Origin: an uncultured Ruminococcus sp.
GTDB lineage: Bacteria > Bacillota > Clostridia > Oscillospirales > CAG-272
Direction: 5' to 3'
NCBI GenBank assembly: GCA_964430105.1
Contig: CAYSEF010000003.1
Coordinates: 12,317 to 76,316, forward strand
DNA: 64,000 bases
In this document: positions 27,775-37,548 of the stretch, one piece after another
Position numbering within the stretch: the first letter of the stretch is position 1
Layout: the number at the start of each line of letters is the position of its first letter
Translations under genes and position numbers: made by a program
Notes under the pieces: model-generated
What the model was told of the DNA's origin: nothing
Database searches by the model: none
What the model saw: only the letters and a program-made list of their open reading frames with translations

Positions 27775-28880
27775 ATCGAATTTTACGAAAGATAAACAGA
27801 TATATCCCGGCGTTTTCGATGGTGGTGATAATACTCGCAGTTGTTGCGCTTGGCGTGAACATTGCGTATATCATAAACACACCGTTCGCTGATTTTTTTA
27901 ATATTAACATATCCCAGCCATTGCGTTCCATGATGGCTCATCTTACAGGATGGTTCGGTTTTTCGCTTGCAGAGCTTGTCGTTCTTGGAAGTCCGGTCAT
28001 CCTTGTTGCCATTATCACCGTAAGCGTTAGAAAAGCATCGCGTGGAAACAGATATTTCATTCGCTGTATCGTTGGAATATTGTCCGTCGCTTTACTGCTT
28101 TATGTTATGTTTGTTTTCAATTTTGGTGCAGGCTACAGAACCACGACTATTGATAATAAGCTTGAAATCGACAGACAGGACGTTTCGGCAGAGGATCTTT
28201 ATGATACAATGAATATCGTTGTCGGTAAGCTGAATGAGCTTGCAGATGATGTTATGTTTGTTCAGGGGAAAGGCTCGGTAAGACCGTTTTCACATGATAA
28301 AACTGTGGAGCTTTGCATTGATTCTTATGCGAAGCTTGCGGATGAATACGATTTTATACCAAAGCTTGATGTTCCTGTAAAGCAGATCGTTTCGTCACCG
28401 TTTATGACCTATACTCATATTTCAGGCGTTTATACCTTCTTTACAGGAGAGTCGAATCTCAATACAAATTATCCTTATTTTGTCAATGTATATACAACTG
28501 CTCACGAAATGGCACATCAGAGAGGTATAGCACGAGAAAATGAAGCGAATTTTATGGCATATCTCGTGTGCATTACATCGGATGATCCGTATATGCAGTA
28601 TGCAGGCTATCTCAATATGTACGAATATCTTGCATCTCCGCTGTATAGTGCTTCGCCAACTCTTTATGGTAAAGCTATTCGAGAGCTTAACGGACTTGTA
28701 AGATATGATCTCGAATGCTACAGTGCGTTTTTTGATAAATACCGTGATAATGTAGCGGCAGACGTGAGTGATACTGTTAATAATACTTATCTTACCATGC
28801 AGGGAACTGAAGGTTCAAAAAGCTACGGTATGGTGGTCGATCTTGTAGTGGCTTATCATAAAGCTGTAGCAGAACATTAA
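27771..28880 (+). CDS. DUF3810-family membrane protein (putative Zn metallopeptidase)
   Basis: It has three N-terminal TM helices and an HEMAHQRG (HExxH) motif. Its size and layout match DUF3810. An ATGA start/stop overlap with the upstream gene suggests coupling. Confidence 0.7.
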   Translation: MNRILRKINRYIPAFSMVVIILAVVALGVNIAYIINTPFADFFNINISQPLRSMMAHLTGWFGFSLAELVVLGSPVILVAIITVSVRKASRGNRYFIRCIVGILSVALLLYVMFVFNFGAGYRTTTIDNKLEIDRQDVSAEDLYDTMNIVVGKLNELADDVMFVQGKGSVRPFSHDKTVELCIDSYAKLADEYDFIPKLDVPVKQIVSSPFMTYTHISGVYTFFTGESNLNTNYPYFVNVYTTAHEMAHQRGIARENEANFMAYLVCITSDDPYMQYAGYLNMYEYLASPLYSASPTLYGKAIRELNGLVRYDLECYSAFFDKYRDNVAADVSDTVNNTYLTMQGTEGSKSYGMVVDLVVAYHKAVAEH

Positions 28881-28930
28881 GCTGTCATATAATTAATTGA
28901 AGGATATTGATCACAAATGGGGGAGAAAAC

Positions 28931-29992
28931 ATGAAAAAGCTGTGTTTTATCATAGCAATTATGCTCGTGATGTCTTTTGCTTTGCCGATATCCGCAGCCG
29001 TAGAAGATATTCCGTCATTGTTTGCGGGAGATGAAGAATGGTATAAGGATTCGGTTTCTCCTTTGGTTATTCGTGACGATGTATGCTATATTCCGGTTGA
29101 GCTGTGTTCAATGTTTGATTATATCAGCGTTACTACTCCGCGTGAGGATAATCTTCTCATACACAACACAAATACAGGTGCATATATTTCGGTGCTGTTT
29201 TCCGATAGATCCGCTGCCGCAAACAGTGTGATAATTGATGATGTTTCTGTTTTCCGTGATTCAGGTATGTTCTATGTGGATGCGGAGCTTGTTGCAGAAT
29301 CTGTAGGTTTGACTTTGGAAAAATATGTAGCTGATTCCGGTGAGATAACGCTGAGATTGTCCGATAACAACAGCATATTTACAATGGAAGAGCTGATAGA
29401 GTCGTATTTTCCTGACGATGATCTTGAAAATGTTGATGACAGCCTTGATAATGTCGTAGAGATTCCATCGTATAACGGAAAGCTTAAAAGAATATATGTG
29501 GTATGCAAATCGCCAAAGTCCGAAAATACCATGTTTTCAGCACAGAAAAATTGCGAACTTTACGGAATAGGTTATACATGGTTTCTCGATCAGGATAATA
29601 CAGTTGACGATATCCTTACTGCATATACTGACGGTGAATACGGAATAGTTGCTGATAATACAGATGACATTGATTCACTGAACGAGAAAATTTCGCTTTA
29701 CACACGAAGAAAAACACATTTTACGCTTACGACCGGTGATGAAGCAGAGGATAAACTTTTAACGGAAGCAGGATATATTCCAATCAAACCCGATTTTACA
29801 GTAAATGGAGCAAGCTCTCCTGACACAATGCTGGTAGATATTTTGAATTATATCGGTAAAGCGGGAAGCTGTATTTTGTATCTTGAAGATTGCTGGAACA
29901 GTGAGCGTATGGTAATTCTTTTGGATGAGATAGACAATGAGCTGTATCGAACATCAAATCTTTCAGATACGGCTGTGAATGGCATAGAATGA
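28931..29992 (+). CDS. secreted protein of unknown function (stalk-like N-terminal domain)
   Basis: The signal peptide is MKKLCFIIAIMLVMSFALPISA|AV, and a GGGGGAGAA RBS precedes the ATG at 28931. The N-terminal approx. 110 aa resemble the copper-amine-oxidase-like domain seen in the SleB protein of this window. The gene ends 27 nt before the response-regulator gene. Confidence 0.6.
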   Translation: MKKLCFIIAIMLVMSFALPISAAVEDIPSLFAGDEEWYKDSVSPLVIRDDVCYIPVELCSMFDYISVTTPREDNLLIHNTNTGAYISVLFSDRSAAANSVIIDDVSVFRDSGMFYVDAELVAESVGLTLEKYVADSGEITLRLSDNNSIFTMEELIESYFPDDDLENVDDSLDNVVEIPSYNGKLKRIYVVCKSPKSENTMFSAQKNCELYGIGYTWFLDQDNTVDDILTAYTDGEYGIVADNTDDIDSLNEKISLYTRRKTHFTLTTGDEAEDKLLTEAGYIPIKPDFTVNGASSPDTMLVDILNYIGKAGSCILYLEDCWNSERMVILLDEIDNELYRTSNLSDTAVNGIE

Positions 29993-30019
29993 TATAAACG
30001 AAGTAATGGAGTATTAGAT

Positions 30020-30727
30020 ATGGAAGCAAAGAAGAAGATACTTGTTGTCGAAGATGAAAAAAATATAGCGCAGGTACTTGCGTATAATATAAAAAAGGAA
30101 GGCTATGATTGCGATATCGCATATGACGGTGAAGCAGGCCTTGAAAAAGCACTGTCGGGTGGATTCGATCTTATTCTGCTTGACATAATGCTCCCGAAAA
30201 TGACGGGATTTGAAGTGTGCGAAAGAATCAGATATAAAAGCCAGGTTCCGATAATTTTTGTAACTGCACGAGAGGAAGAAAAGGATAAGATACTCGGACT
30301 TGAAACAGGTGCCGACGATTATGTGACAAAGCCGTTCTCCTTCCGTGAGCTTATTTCAAGAATACGTGCAAATATCCGAAGATCATCGGGAGAAGTCGTA
30401 ACTGAAAAGCAGACTAAATCCGAAAAGATAGTGATAGGAGAGCTTGAAATAGATACCGACCATTATTCGGTTACAAAAGCAGGCGAACCGATAGAGCTTT
30501 CAAAGAAGGATTATGACCTTATTCTTTATCTTGCAGAAAATGTCGGAAAGGCATATTCTCGTAAGGAACTGCTCGAAAAGATATGGGGATACGATAATTA
30601 CTATGGAGATATCCGTACCGTTGACGTAACTGTGAGCAGAATACGAAAGAAGATAGAAGCCGACCCTGCAAGACCTGAATATCTGAAAACAAAGCATGGC
30701 GTAGGCTATTTCCTCTGCGAAAGATGA
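30020..30727 (+). CDS. OmpR-family response regulator, WalR/YycF-like
   Basis: The receiver domain carries KILVVEDE...DLILLDIMLPKMTGFEVC...GADDYVTKPFSFRELISRIRANIRR, followed by a winged-helix C-terminus. The pattern closely follows Bacillus WalR. Confidence 0.88.
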   Translation: MEAKKKILVVEDEKNIAQVLAYNIKKEGYDCDIAYDGEAGLEKALSGGFDLILLDIMLPKMTGFEVCERIRYKSQVPIIFVTAREEEKDKILGLETGADDYVTKPFSFRELISRIRANIRRSSGEVVTEKQTKSEKIVIGELEIDTDHYSVTKAGEPIELSKKDYDLILYLAENVGKAYSRKELLEKIWGYDNYYGDIRTVDVTVSRIRKKIEADPARPEYLKTKHGVGYFLCER

Positions 30728-30775
30728 TTTTTCGATAAAGTCATCGCAAAATTCAAAACGGACACGACATAAATT

Positions 30776-32608
30776 ATGTTAAAAAGCTTATATTTTAAAA
30801 TCGTTCTTATCCTCCTTATTTTCATTATCGCCGTTATGTGTGCGGTAGGAGCGATACTTATGAACGGTGTAACTTCGTTCTATGTTGACGATTTTACAGA
30901 ACAGATGACAGAATGCTTCGATAGTGGCGGTCTTTTGATGATGGATTTACGGCAGGCTGCTCATAACGATTCTCCTGCATCCGAAATGAAAAATGTGCTT
31001 GCATCCTACAGCAGTATTCTCGGTATCGATGGATATAGAAATTATTATGTTCTTAATACCGACGGTGAAATGCTTGCAGGCTCTGACGTTGTACTCGGTG
31101 CCGATCTTATCGTAACTCCAAATATTCTTTCTGCAATAGCAGGTGCGGGAGAAAATATTTCGTCCGGTGGTATGGAATATTCAGACTGGGCAGTTCGTAT
31201 ACCGGTAACTCAGCTTCCCGAGGAAGATTGCATAGTTTATATTAAAGATTCACTTGAGGAAATGCGTCAGCTTAATACAGTGCTGTTTTCTATCATTCTT
31301 CAAGCTATGGTTATTGGTATTCTTATTGCAGTGCTGTTGTCGTTTTTCCTTGCAAAATCAATATCATCACCTCTGCAAAGCTTGACTTACGGTACACAGC
31401 TCGTTGCATCGGGTGAATTCAGCTATGAGATCGAAGTAAATTCAGCCGACGAAATAGGTGTGCTTGCAGAAAACTTCAATTACATGAGAGATAGACTGCG
31501 TACTACAATCGAAGAAGTAAACGGTGAACGTGAAAAGCTCGATACGGTACTGTCATGTATGAAAGATGCTGTGCTTGCGTTTACAGCGAATGGTACAGTG
31601 CTTCATTCAAATAACTCAGCGTATGAGCTGTTCGGAGATGAGCTTTCGATGGGTGCATTGACTCTCGAAAAATGCTTTGAGGTGCTTGATATTCCGCTTA
31701 CTATCGACGGAAGTACGGTACGCCTTACATCACCTGATGCAGCAGTCGAAAATACCAGAGATGGTTTTATTTTCCGTGACAGAATCGCAGGAAATCATGT
31801 ATTTGACGTCAGCTTTGCGGTAATTCGCTATGTTGAAGCTAAAAAACAGGCGGCAGGCTGTGTTATTATCATTCATGATGTTACAGGACGATACGAACTT
31901 GATGAAAGTCGCAGAGAATTTGTTGCAAATGTATCGCATGAGCTGAAAACACCTCTTGCAGCCATCAAGCTGACAACTGAAACTGTGCGAAGCGATCCGG
32001 AAATGGATGTTGAAATGCGTGACTATTTTCTTGACCTTGTTCTGTCGGAAAGCGATCGTATGACAAGAATAGTGCAGGATCTTCTTGTCCTTTCACGCCT
32101 TGACAGTAAACAAACCAGATGGGAAATAGAAACATTTGATCTTAAAGCATCGGTTAGACATTTGTGCGAGGTTATGCGTAAGGATCTTGATGCACGAGGT
32201 CATAAAATAACGCTGGGATGCGATAAAGAGCTTCCGCAGATAACAGCAGACAAACAGCGAATAGAGCAGGTTGTTCTGAATATCATGTCAAATGCGATAA
32301 AATATACTCCCGACGGCGGAAAAATAGATATAAAAATATCGCAGAATACTTCTGCAAAAACAGTTGTACTTGCGATAAGAGATAACGGTATCGGTATCCC
32401 TAAAGAGGATATGAGTCACTTGTTTGAGAGATTTTACCGTGTTGAGAAATCACGAACACAGGATGCTGGCGGTACGGGTCTTGGACTTGCTATTGCAAAA
32501 GAGATTGTCGAGGCTCATGGTGGTAAAATAGCTATAGACAGTAGGCTCAATGAGGGTACAACAGTGGTAGTTGAACTGCCGATTGAATGTAAACTGAAAA
32601 ACGAGTGA
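30776..32608 (+). CDS. sensor histidine kinase, WalK-like (2 TM, extracytoplasmic domain, HAMP, PAS, HisKA, HATPase)
   Basis: TM1 spans residues 8-30 and TM2 is LFSIILQAMVIGILIAVLLSFFLA. A HAMP domain follows, then the H-box FVANVSHELKTPL, the N-box NAIKYT, and the G-boxes DNGIGI and GGTGLGLAI. Confidence 0.88.
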   Translation: MLKSLYFKIVLILLIFIIAVMCAVGAILMNGVTSFYVDDFTEQMTECFDSGGLLMMDLRQAAHNDSPASEMKNVLASYSSILGIDGYRNYYVLNTDGEMLAGSDVVLGADLIVTPNILSAIAGAGENISSGGMEYSDWAVRIPVTQLPEEDCIVYIKDSLEEMRQLNTVLFSIILQAMVIGILIAVLLSFFLAKSISSPLQSLTYGTQLVASGEFSYEIEVNSADEIGVLAENFNYMRDRLRTTIEEVNGEREKLDTVLSCMKDAVLAFTANGTVLHSNNSAYELFGDELSMGALTLEKCFEVLDIPLTIDGSTVRLTSPDAAVENTRDGFIFRDRIAGNHVFDVSFAVIRYVEAKKQAAGCVIIIHDVTGRYELDESRREFVANVSHELKTPLAAIKLTTETVRSDPEMDVEMRDYFLDLVLSESDRMTRIVQDLLVLSRLDSKQTRWEIETFDLKASVRHLCEVMRKDLDARGHKITLGCDKELPQITADKQRIEQVVLNIMSNAIKYTPDGGKIDIKISQNTSAKTVVLAIRDNGIGIPKEDMSHLFERFYRVEKSRTQDAGGTGLGLAIAKEIVEAHGGKIAIDSRLNEGTTVVVELPIECKLKNE

Positions 32609-32638
32609 TATTGCAAAAACACAAACAGGAGTCTGTAA

Positions 32639-34009
32639 ATGAAAAATACAACGGGACAAAAGAATAATAAGATCACGCTTATAGCAGTTGTGCTTCTTTT
32701 CGTGCTGTTGTGTGTTCTGACTGTTGCAACCATCAACGTATTTTTGAACAGCTCATCTGTAAAAGATACTGTTCCGTTTGATCTTGACAGAATAACAGCC
32801 GATAAAACAGCAGAATATATTGATGTTTCGAGTGCTCTTGTTCCTTCTTTTATTGGAATAACCTCCGATGGTACCGGTTACGGTGTTTCGGTATCAGCAA
32901 ATACTGTTGCTGAGTTATATAAAACAGTAACGCCTGTTCTTGCCGATGTTCTTGTTGATGAATATGCCTCGGTTGGAGATAATGCGTTGTGGAATTCCTT
33001 GGCTGATGTCAATGATTCCGTCTATGTCAGATATCATAACGATATTCCCGATTATGTTATAAGTGTTTTCGCCGATGCTTCAAATTACAGCGAAAATTCC
33101 TTCAATTCTTATGTGAGTGAAATGCTTCTTATGCCATATTCCGAAGCCTTCGATACAATAACCGTTGCTACACGAAGCTCTGACGGAAGCGTTACAGTGT
33201 TTGAAAAAAACTCACCTGAGGAAATAATCACTGTCGATGATCTACGGAAAATTTTGCGTTCGTATCGTTCAAATCTAACTGAATTCGAGTTTGTTGGAGA
33301 TAATAGTGTGGTTGAATCGGTTACAGAACCCATATTTATTGATTCGATAGTGACAAGGAATATTATAACGACAGGAAACAGTGGAATGCTTATACAAAAC
33401 GGAACAGAAGATTTTGACACATTACTTCGATTGTTTTCGATAAATCCGGATAAGCTGTTAAATCAGCATACAGAGGATGATGGAAGCATGAGCTGCATTG
33501 ATACAAAGGGAGTCTTGTATTTGAGCGAATCTTCGTTTGAATATACGGCTGCTGTTGACGGTGGTATTCATGTGGAGGAATTCATTGGATATATCGACAA
33601 TATCGGATTTATGGATTACGTTCAAGCTGCACTCAAGATATTCACAGAAATAAGGTCTATAAATCGAAACTGCGCAGGAGGGGATGCGGATATTTCTCTT
33701 TCGTCTGTAGAAGCACTTGACGGTAAAGTATCGCTGACCTTTGATTATGTCTTTGATAATTTGAAAATTACAGATATAGAACACGCATTTTCCGTTACCT
33801 TTGAGAATGAAGTTCTGACAGAAGCGAAGCTGTTCAATCTGGCTGTAAAAAATTTCGGTGACAGAAATGAATTGCCCAAGGAATGGTGGTTCATGGAATT
33901 CGTAAAGAGAAAAATGTCACCCGGTGACAAACCCTACAGATGTATTGAGCCGGTTTACAGGGCAGATTATGTTTCAGATTCAATTAAGGCGGAATGGCGT
34001 GCAGAATAA
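32639..34009 (+). CDS. membrane-anchored extracytoplasmic protein, possible YycH-like regulator of the kinase
   Basis: 456 aa with a single N-terminal TM helix (ITLIAVVLLFVLLCVLTVATI) and an AGGAG RBS. It starts 30 nt after the kinase stop. The size and topology match Bacillus YycH (about 455 aa). Homology was not verified. Confidence 0.45.
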   Translation: MKNTTGQKNNKITLIAVVLLFVLLCVLTVATINVFLNSSSVKDTVPFDLDRITADKTAEYIDVSSALVPSFIGITSDGTGYGVSVSANTVAELYKTVTPVLADVLVDEYASVGDNALWNSLADVNDSVYVRYHNDIPDYVISVFADASNYSENSFNSYVSEMLLMPYSEAFDTITVATRSSDGSVTVFEKNSPEEIITVDDLRKILRSYRSNLTEFEFVGDNSVVESVTEPIFIDSIVTRNIITTGNSGMLIQNGTEDFDTLLRLFSINPDKLLNQHTEDDGSMSCIDTKGVLYLSESSFEYTAAVDGGIHVEEFIGYIDNIGFMDYVQAALKIFTEIRSINRNCAGGDADISLSSVEALDGKVSLTFDYVFDNLKITDIEHAFSVTFENEVLTEAKLFNLAVKNFGDRNELPKEWWFMEFVKRKMSPGDKPYRCIEPVYRADYVSDSIKAEWRAE

Positions 34010-34033
34010 TTTTTTGTTAAAAGGAGTAGATAA

Positions 34034-34951
34034 ATGCAGCATAACAAGATAGTGCTTGTCCTTGCCATAATTCTTGCCACGGCATGTGTTGTGCTGTCGC
34101 TGAATCTCTTTGTACTCGTTCGTTCTTCGTCGTATCTTCCGGATAGGTCAGTCGATGATATAGTAAATATTTTGGCACAATCAGATATCAGCATTGATCC
34201 CGGCATAATATCGACTAAACGTGAACGTGGCACTGTATACGTCTGCAATTCCGGCGATTATAACCGAACGGTAGCTTCACTTCTCGGTGAAGGTGTGGTA
34301 AGTGCATCATATATCATTCCGGATGGCGAAATAATCGTGCTTGATAACGGATCAAGATTTGAGTTTGGCGGTGATTTTTCGTTCCGTTATGACAGAGATG
34401 GCGAAAGAGATGGCTCGGATCTGTTTGATTTGTCCCTTTCAGCCGATCATGTAAGTGATGAAAAACGTGAAGAAATTTCAGAGATAGCAGTAAAATTTCT
34501 CGATAGCGGAAGCCGTGAATTTGAAAGCTCGGGAAATATGAGCATCGTTACATCGGTTGAGGTTATCTGGGAGAATGCAGGTGTATATTACGCATTTTGT
34601 ACCCGTGCGATAGATGGAGTTGCCATCACTGAAAATACTGCGATATGCACTATTGAAAGCGGAGAAGTAACAGAAGCGTATGGCAGATGGAGCTTTTTGA
34701 CGCTGGGTGAGTCCTATTCAGCACAACTTTCAGATATTTTCAATATACTGTTTAATGTGAAAAAAGAAATAGGCGGTGCGGCAGCTGAAGCAGGTGGAGT
34801 TAATATTGAATCGATCGATTTGTGCTATTCCTTGTATTTTTATGGCGATGAAGAGGATTTTTGCCTTATCCCTTGTTGGCAGGTCGTAACAGACTCGATG
34901 GGTGAATTCATTTATAATGCGATTGATAGTACACTTTACACAAAATACTAA
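34034..34951 (+). CDS. membrane-anchored extracytoplasmic protein, possible YycI-like regulator
   Basis: 305 aa with a single N-terminal TM helix (IVLVLAIILATACVVLSLNLFVLV) and an AAGGAG RBS. It starts 24 nt after the upstream stop. The size and topology resemble YycI. Homology was not verified. Confidence 0.4.
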   Translation: MQHNKIVLVLAIILATACVVLSLNLFVLVRSSSYLPDRSVDDIVNILAQSDISIDPGIISTKRERGTVYVCNSGDYNRTVASLLGEGVVSASYIIPDGEIIVLDNGSRFEFGGDFSFRYDRDGERDGSDLFDLSLSADHVSDEKREEISEIAVKFLDSGSREFESSGNMSIVTSVEVIWENAGVYYAFCTRAIDGVAITENTAICTIESGEVTEAYGRWSFLTLGESYSAQLSDIFNILFNVKKEIGGAAAEAGGVNIESIDLCYSLYFYGDEEDFCLIPCWQVVTDSMGEFIYNAIDSTLYTKY

Positions 34952-35171
34952 CCTCGAAATGTATGCAAAACATTAAAAAATGCCATAAACTATGAAATTT
35001 ATGAAAATCCTTCAAAATACTCTTTCATTCTTGTGCACAAACTGTTATAATATATAAGGCTGAAAATATTTATAAATGCTTTTGGCTCTTTTCCGTGTGC
35101 TTATTATTTCTTTTACAGCGCGGAACTGATAATAATGCCTTATCATGAAAAAGAAAGGCTCGGTATCATTA

Positions 35172-36464
35172 ATGGAAAAAATAATTGTTAACGGAGGTAA
35201 TCCTCTGTTCGGTCAGGTGGAGATATCAGGCTCAAAAAATGCCGCTCTGCCTATTATATATGCCTGTGTGCTGGTGCGTGGTAAATGCGTACTTGAAAAT
35301 ATACCTGCGATATCTGATATTACTTATTCTTTTGAAATACTTCGTGGCATCGGTGCAAAAATCCGTATGCTTGACAGAACGACATATGAAATAGATTGTA
35401 CTGACGTTGAATCAGGACGCTCCGATTATGAACTGGTTCGCAGAATACGTGGTTCATATTATTTGCTCGGTGCGGAATTCGGCCGTTTTGGTAAAGCCAG
35501 AGTCGGTTTCCCCGGTGGTTGTAATTTCGGTGTAAGACCTATCGATCAGCATATCAAGGGCTTTGAAGCTTTAGGCGGCGAAATTAAGACTGAGGGCGGT
35601 TATATCGAGATCAATTCAGATCACGGTGCTGTCGGTACTAATATATTCTTTGATGTTTCCAGCGTTGGTGCTACTTTGAATATAATGATTGCAGCCGCTA
35701 CAGCAGAAGGAACCACGATAATTGACAATGCTGCAAAAGAACCGCATATAGTCGATTGTGCGAACTTCCTCAATACCTGCGGTGCAAGAATTTCCGGTGC
35801 AGGCTCTGATGTTATAAAAATCAAAGGTGTGCCTGAGCTTCACGGATGTACCTATGCGATAATCCCCGATATGATAGAAGCAGGCTCCTTTATGGTTGCG
35901 GCAGTTGCTACTCACGGCTCTGTGAAGGTGACCAATGTTATTCCGAAGCATCTTGAATCTATTTCAGCAAAGCTCGAAGAAACAGGCGCAACTATCGAGG
36001 AATTTGATGATGCAGTCCTTGTTACAGCAGGTGAAAAAATTAAAAAGACAAATGTAAAAACTCTCCCGTATCCCGGTTTCCCGACAGATATGCACCCGCA
36101 GATGTCTGCACTTTTATGCATGGCTGACGGAACCAGCTACCTTAACGAAAGCATATTCGAGAATCGCTTCCGTTATGTAGAGGAGCTTCGCAGAATGGGC
36201 GCAAAGATTAAGGTTGACGGTCGAGTAGTCGTTATCGAGGGTGGAATTCCTCTGAAGGCTGCTCCTGTTATCGCAACTGATTTGCGTGGCGGTGTCGCTG
36301 TTATGATCGCAGCATTGACCTGCGAAGGAAGAACTGAAATTTCTGAAATAAACCTCATCGAACGTGGGTATGATAATATCTGCGGAAAGCTGAGAGCACT
36401 CGGTGCAGATATTCAGAAAATCACACTGCCCGATGGAGTTGAACCCAAAGTCTCTGGAAAATGA
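35172..36464 (+). CDS. murA: UDP-N-acetylglucosamine 1-carboxyvinyltransferase
   Basis: MEKIIVNGGNPLFGQVEISGSKNAALP, the catalytic Cys loop FPGGCNFGVRPIDQH, and GFPTDMHPQ identify it. The start could also be the ATG at 35145. Confidence 0.93.
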   Translation: MEKIIVNGGNPLFGQVEISGSKNAALPIIYACVLVRGKCVLENIPAISDITYSFEILRGIGAKIRMLDRTTYEIDCTDVESGRSDYELVRRIRGSYYLLGAEFGRFGKARVGFPGGCNFGVRPIDQHIKGFEALGGEIKTEGGYIEINSDHGAVGTNIFFDVSSVGATLNIMIAAATAEGTTIIDNAAKEPHIVDCANFLNTCGARISGAGSDVIKIKGVPELHGCTYAIIPDMIEAGSFMVAAVATHGSVKVTNVIPKHLESISAKLEETGATIEEFDDAVLVTAGEKIKKTNVKTLPYPGFPTDMHPQMSALLCMADGTSYLNESIFENRFRYVEELRRMGAKIKVDGRVVVIEGGIPLKAAPVIATDLRGGVAVMIAALTCEGRTEISEINLIERGYDNICGKLRALGADIQKITLPDGVEPKVSGK

Positions 36465-36532
36465 GACGGTGCAAATGATGTTGTTTCGTAATGATTGTGC
36501 TTCGCACATGAAAAATAAAGGAGAAATTTAAG

Positions 36533-36739
36533 ATGAAAGTAACTCTCGAAACCATTATCGGTGATATCGTTGATTTTGATGAAGGCACCGCTGAGATATT
36601 CCTCGCAAGCGGTATGCACTGCATCGACTGTCCTGTTTCCAGAATGGAATCTGTCGAGGAAGCTTGCATAGTTCACGGTGTTGATGCTGAAGAACTTATC
36701 GGAAAGCTCAATAAGTATCTCGCAGAAAAGGCGAAATAA
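36533..36739 (+). CDS. DUF1858 domain protein (hybrid-cluster-protein-associated redox disulfide family)
   Basis: 68 aa. TIGDIVDFDEGTAEIFLASGMHCIDCPVSRMESVEEAC is the characteristic CxxC-containing DUF1858 pattern. Confidence 0.7.
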   Translation: MKVTLETIIGDIVDFDEGTAEIFLASGMHCIDCPVSRMESVEEACIVHGVDAEELIGKLNKYLAEKAK

Positions 36740-36768
36740 GTTTTTCGTAAATTTGAATCAAAACACAG

Positions 36769-36793
36769 AAAGGCGGATTTTTTCCGTCTTTTT
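36769..36793 (+). terminator. rho-independent terminator
   Basis: AAAGGCGGA pairs with TCCGTCTTT around a TTTTT loop (one G-U pair), and the stem runs into a T tract. Confidence 0.5.
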
Positions 36794-36837
36794 GATTATG
36801 GCTTGCTTGAAAATCAGAAAGTGAAATTAGGAATAAA

Positions 36838-37548
36838 ATGGAAGAAAAGCATCATATGGCATTAAAACTTGACGACAGACTTTCCTCCGCCGCAGCTTTT
36901 GTAAGACAAGGTGCAGTCGTAGCTGATATCGGTACAGATCACGCATATATTCCGGTGTATTTGCTTGAAAATGGCATAGCAAAGTTCGCTATCGCAAGCG
37001 ACGTGAATAAAGGCCCTCTTGAAAGAGCTGTTGCCAATGCAGAAAAATATGGCGTAGATGATAAAATGAGATTTACTCTCGCAGACGGACTGAATGGTGT
37101 TGAACCTGAACGTGATAATGTCAGCGATATCGTAATATGTGGTATGGGTGGTGAACTTATCGCCCGAATCATCGATGAATCAGAGTACACCAGACGTGAT
37201 GGAGTTCATCTTATCCTTCAGCCAATGACAGCGGCAGATGATTTAAGAAAATACCTTGATGAAAATGGATTTGCAGTACTTGATGAAAAATTATCTACTG
37301 CTGCCGGAAAAACATATTGCTGTATGCTTGTCGAATACGATGGAGTGAAGCGTACATCAACACCTGCACAGTTGCTTCTCGGAAAAGTAGCTATACAGAA
37401 ACGTGAACCGATATTTGAAAAATACGCAGGTGAGGTTCTTGCTCGACTTGATACAAGGATAAAAGGCTTGAAATTAGGCGGACTTCCGACAGATGATGAA
37501 GAAAAATGCCGTGAGGAAATAGCGAATATCTTGGAGGTAAAAGCATGA
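36838..37548 (+). CDS. trmK: tRNA (adenine22-N1)-methyltransferase
   Basis: LSSAAAFVRQGAVVADIGTDHAYIPVYLLENG...ASDVNKGPLERA...ICGMGGELI matches the TrmK (YqfN) family. It is followed by nif3, the conserved pairing. Confidence 0.85.
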   Translation: MEEKHHMALKLDDRLSSAAAFVRQGAVVADIGTDHAYIPVYLLENGIAKFAIASDVNKGPLERAVANAEKYGVDDKMRFTLADGLNGVEPERDNVSDIVICGMGGELIARIIDESEYTRRDGVHLILQPMTAADDLRKYLDENGFAVLDEKLSTAAGKTYCCMLVEYDGVKRTSTPAQLLLGKVAIQKREPIFEKYAGEVLARLDTRIKGLKLGGLPTDDEEKCREEIANILEVKA

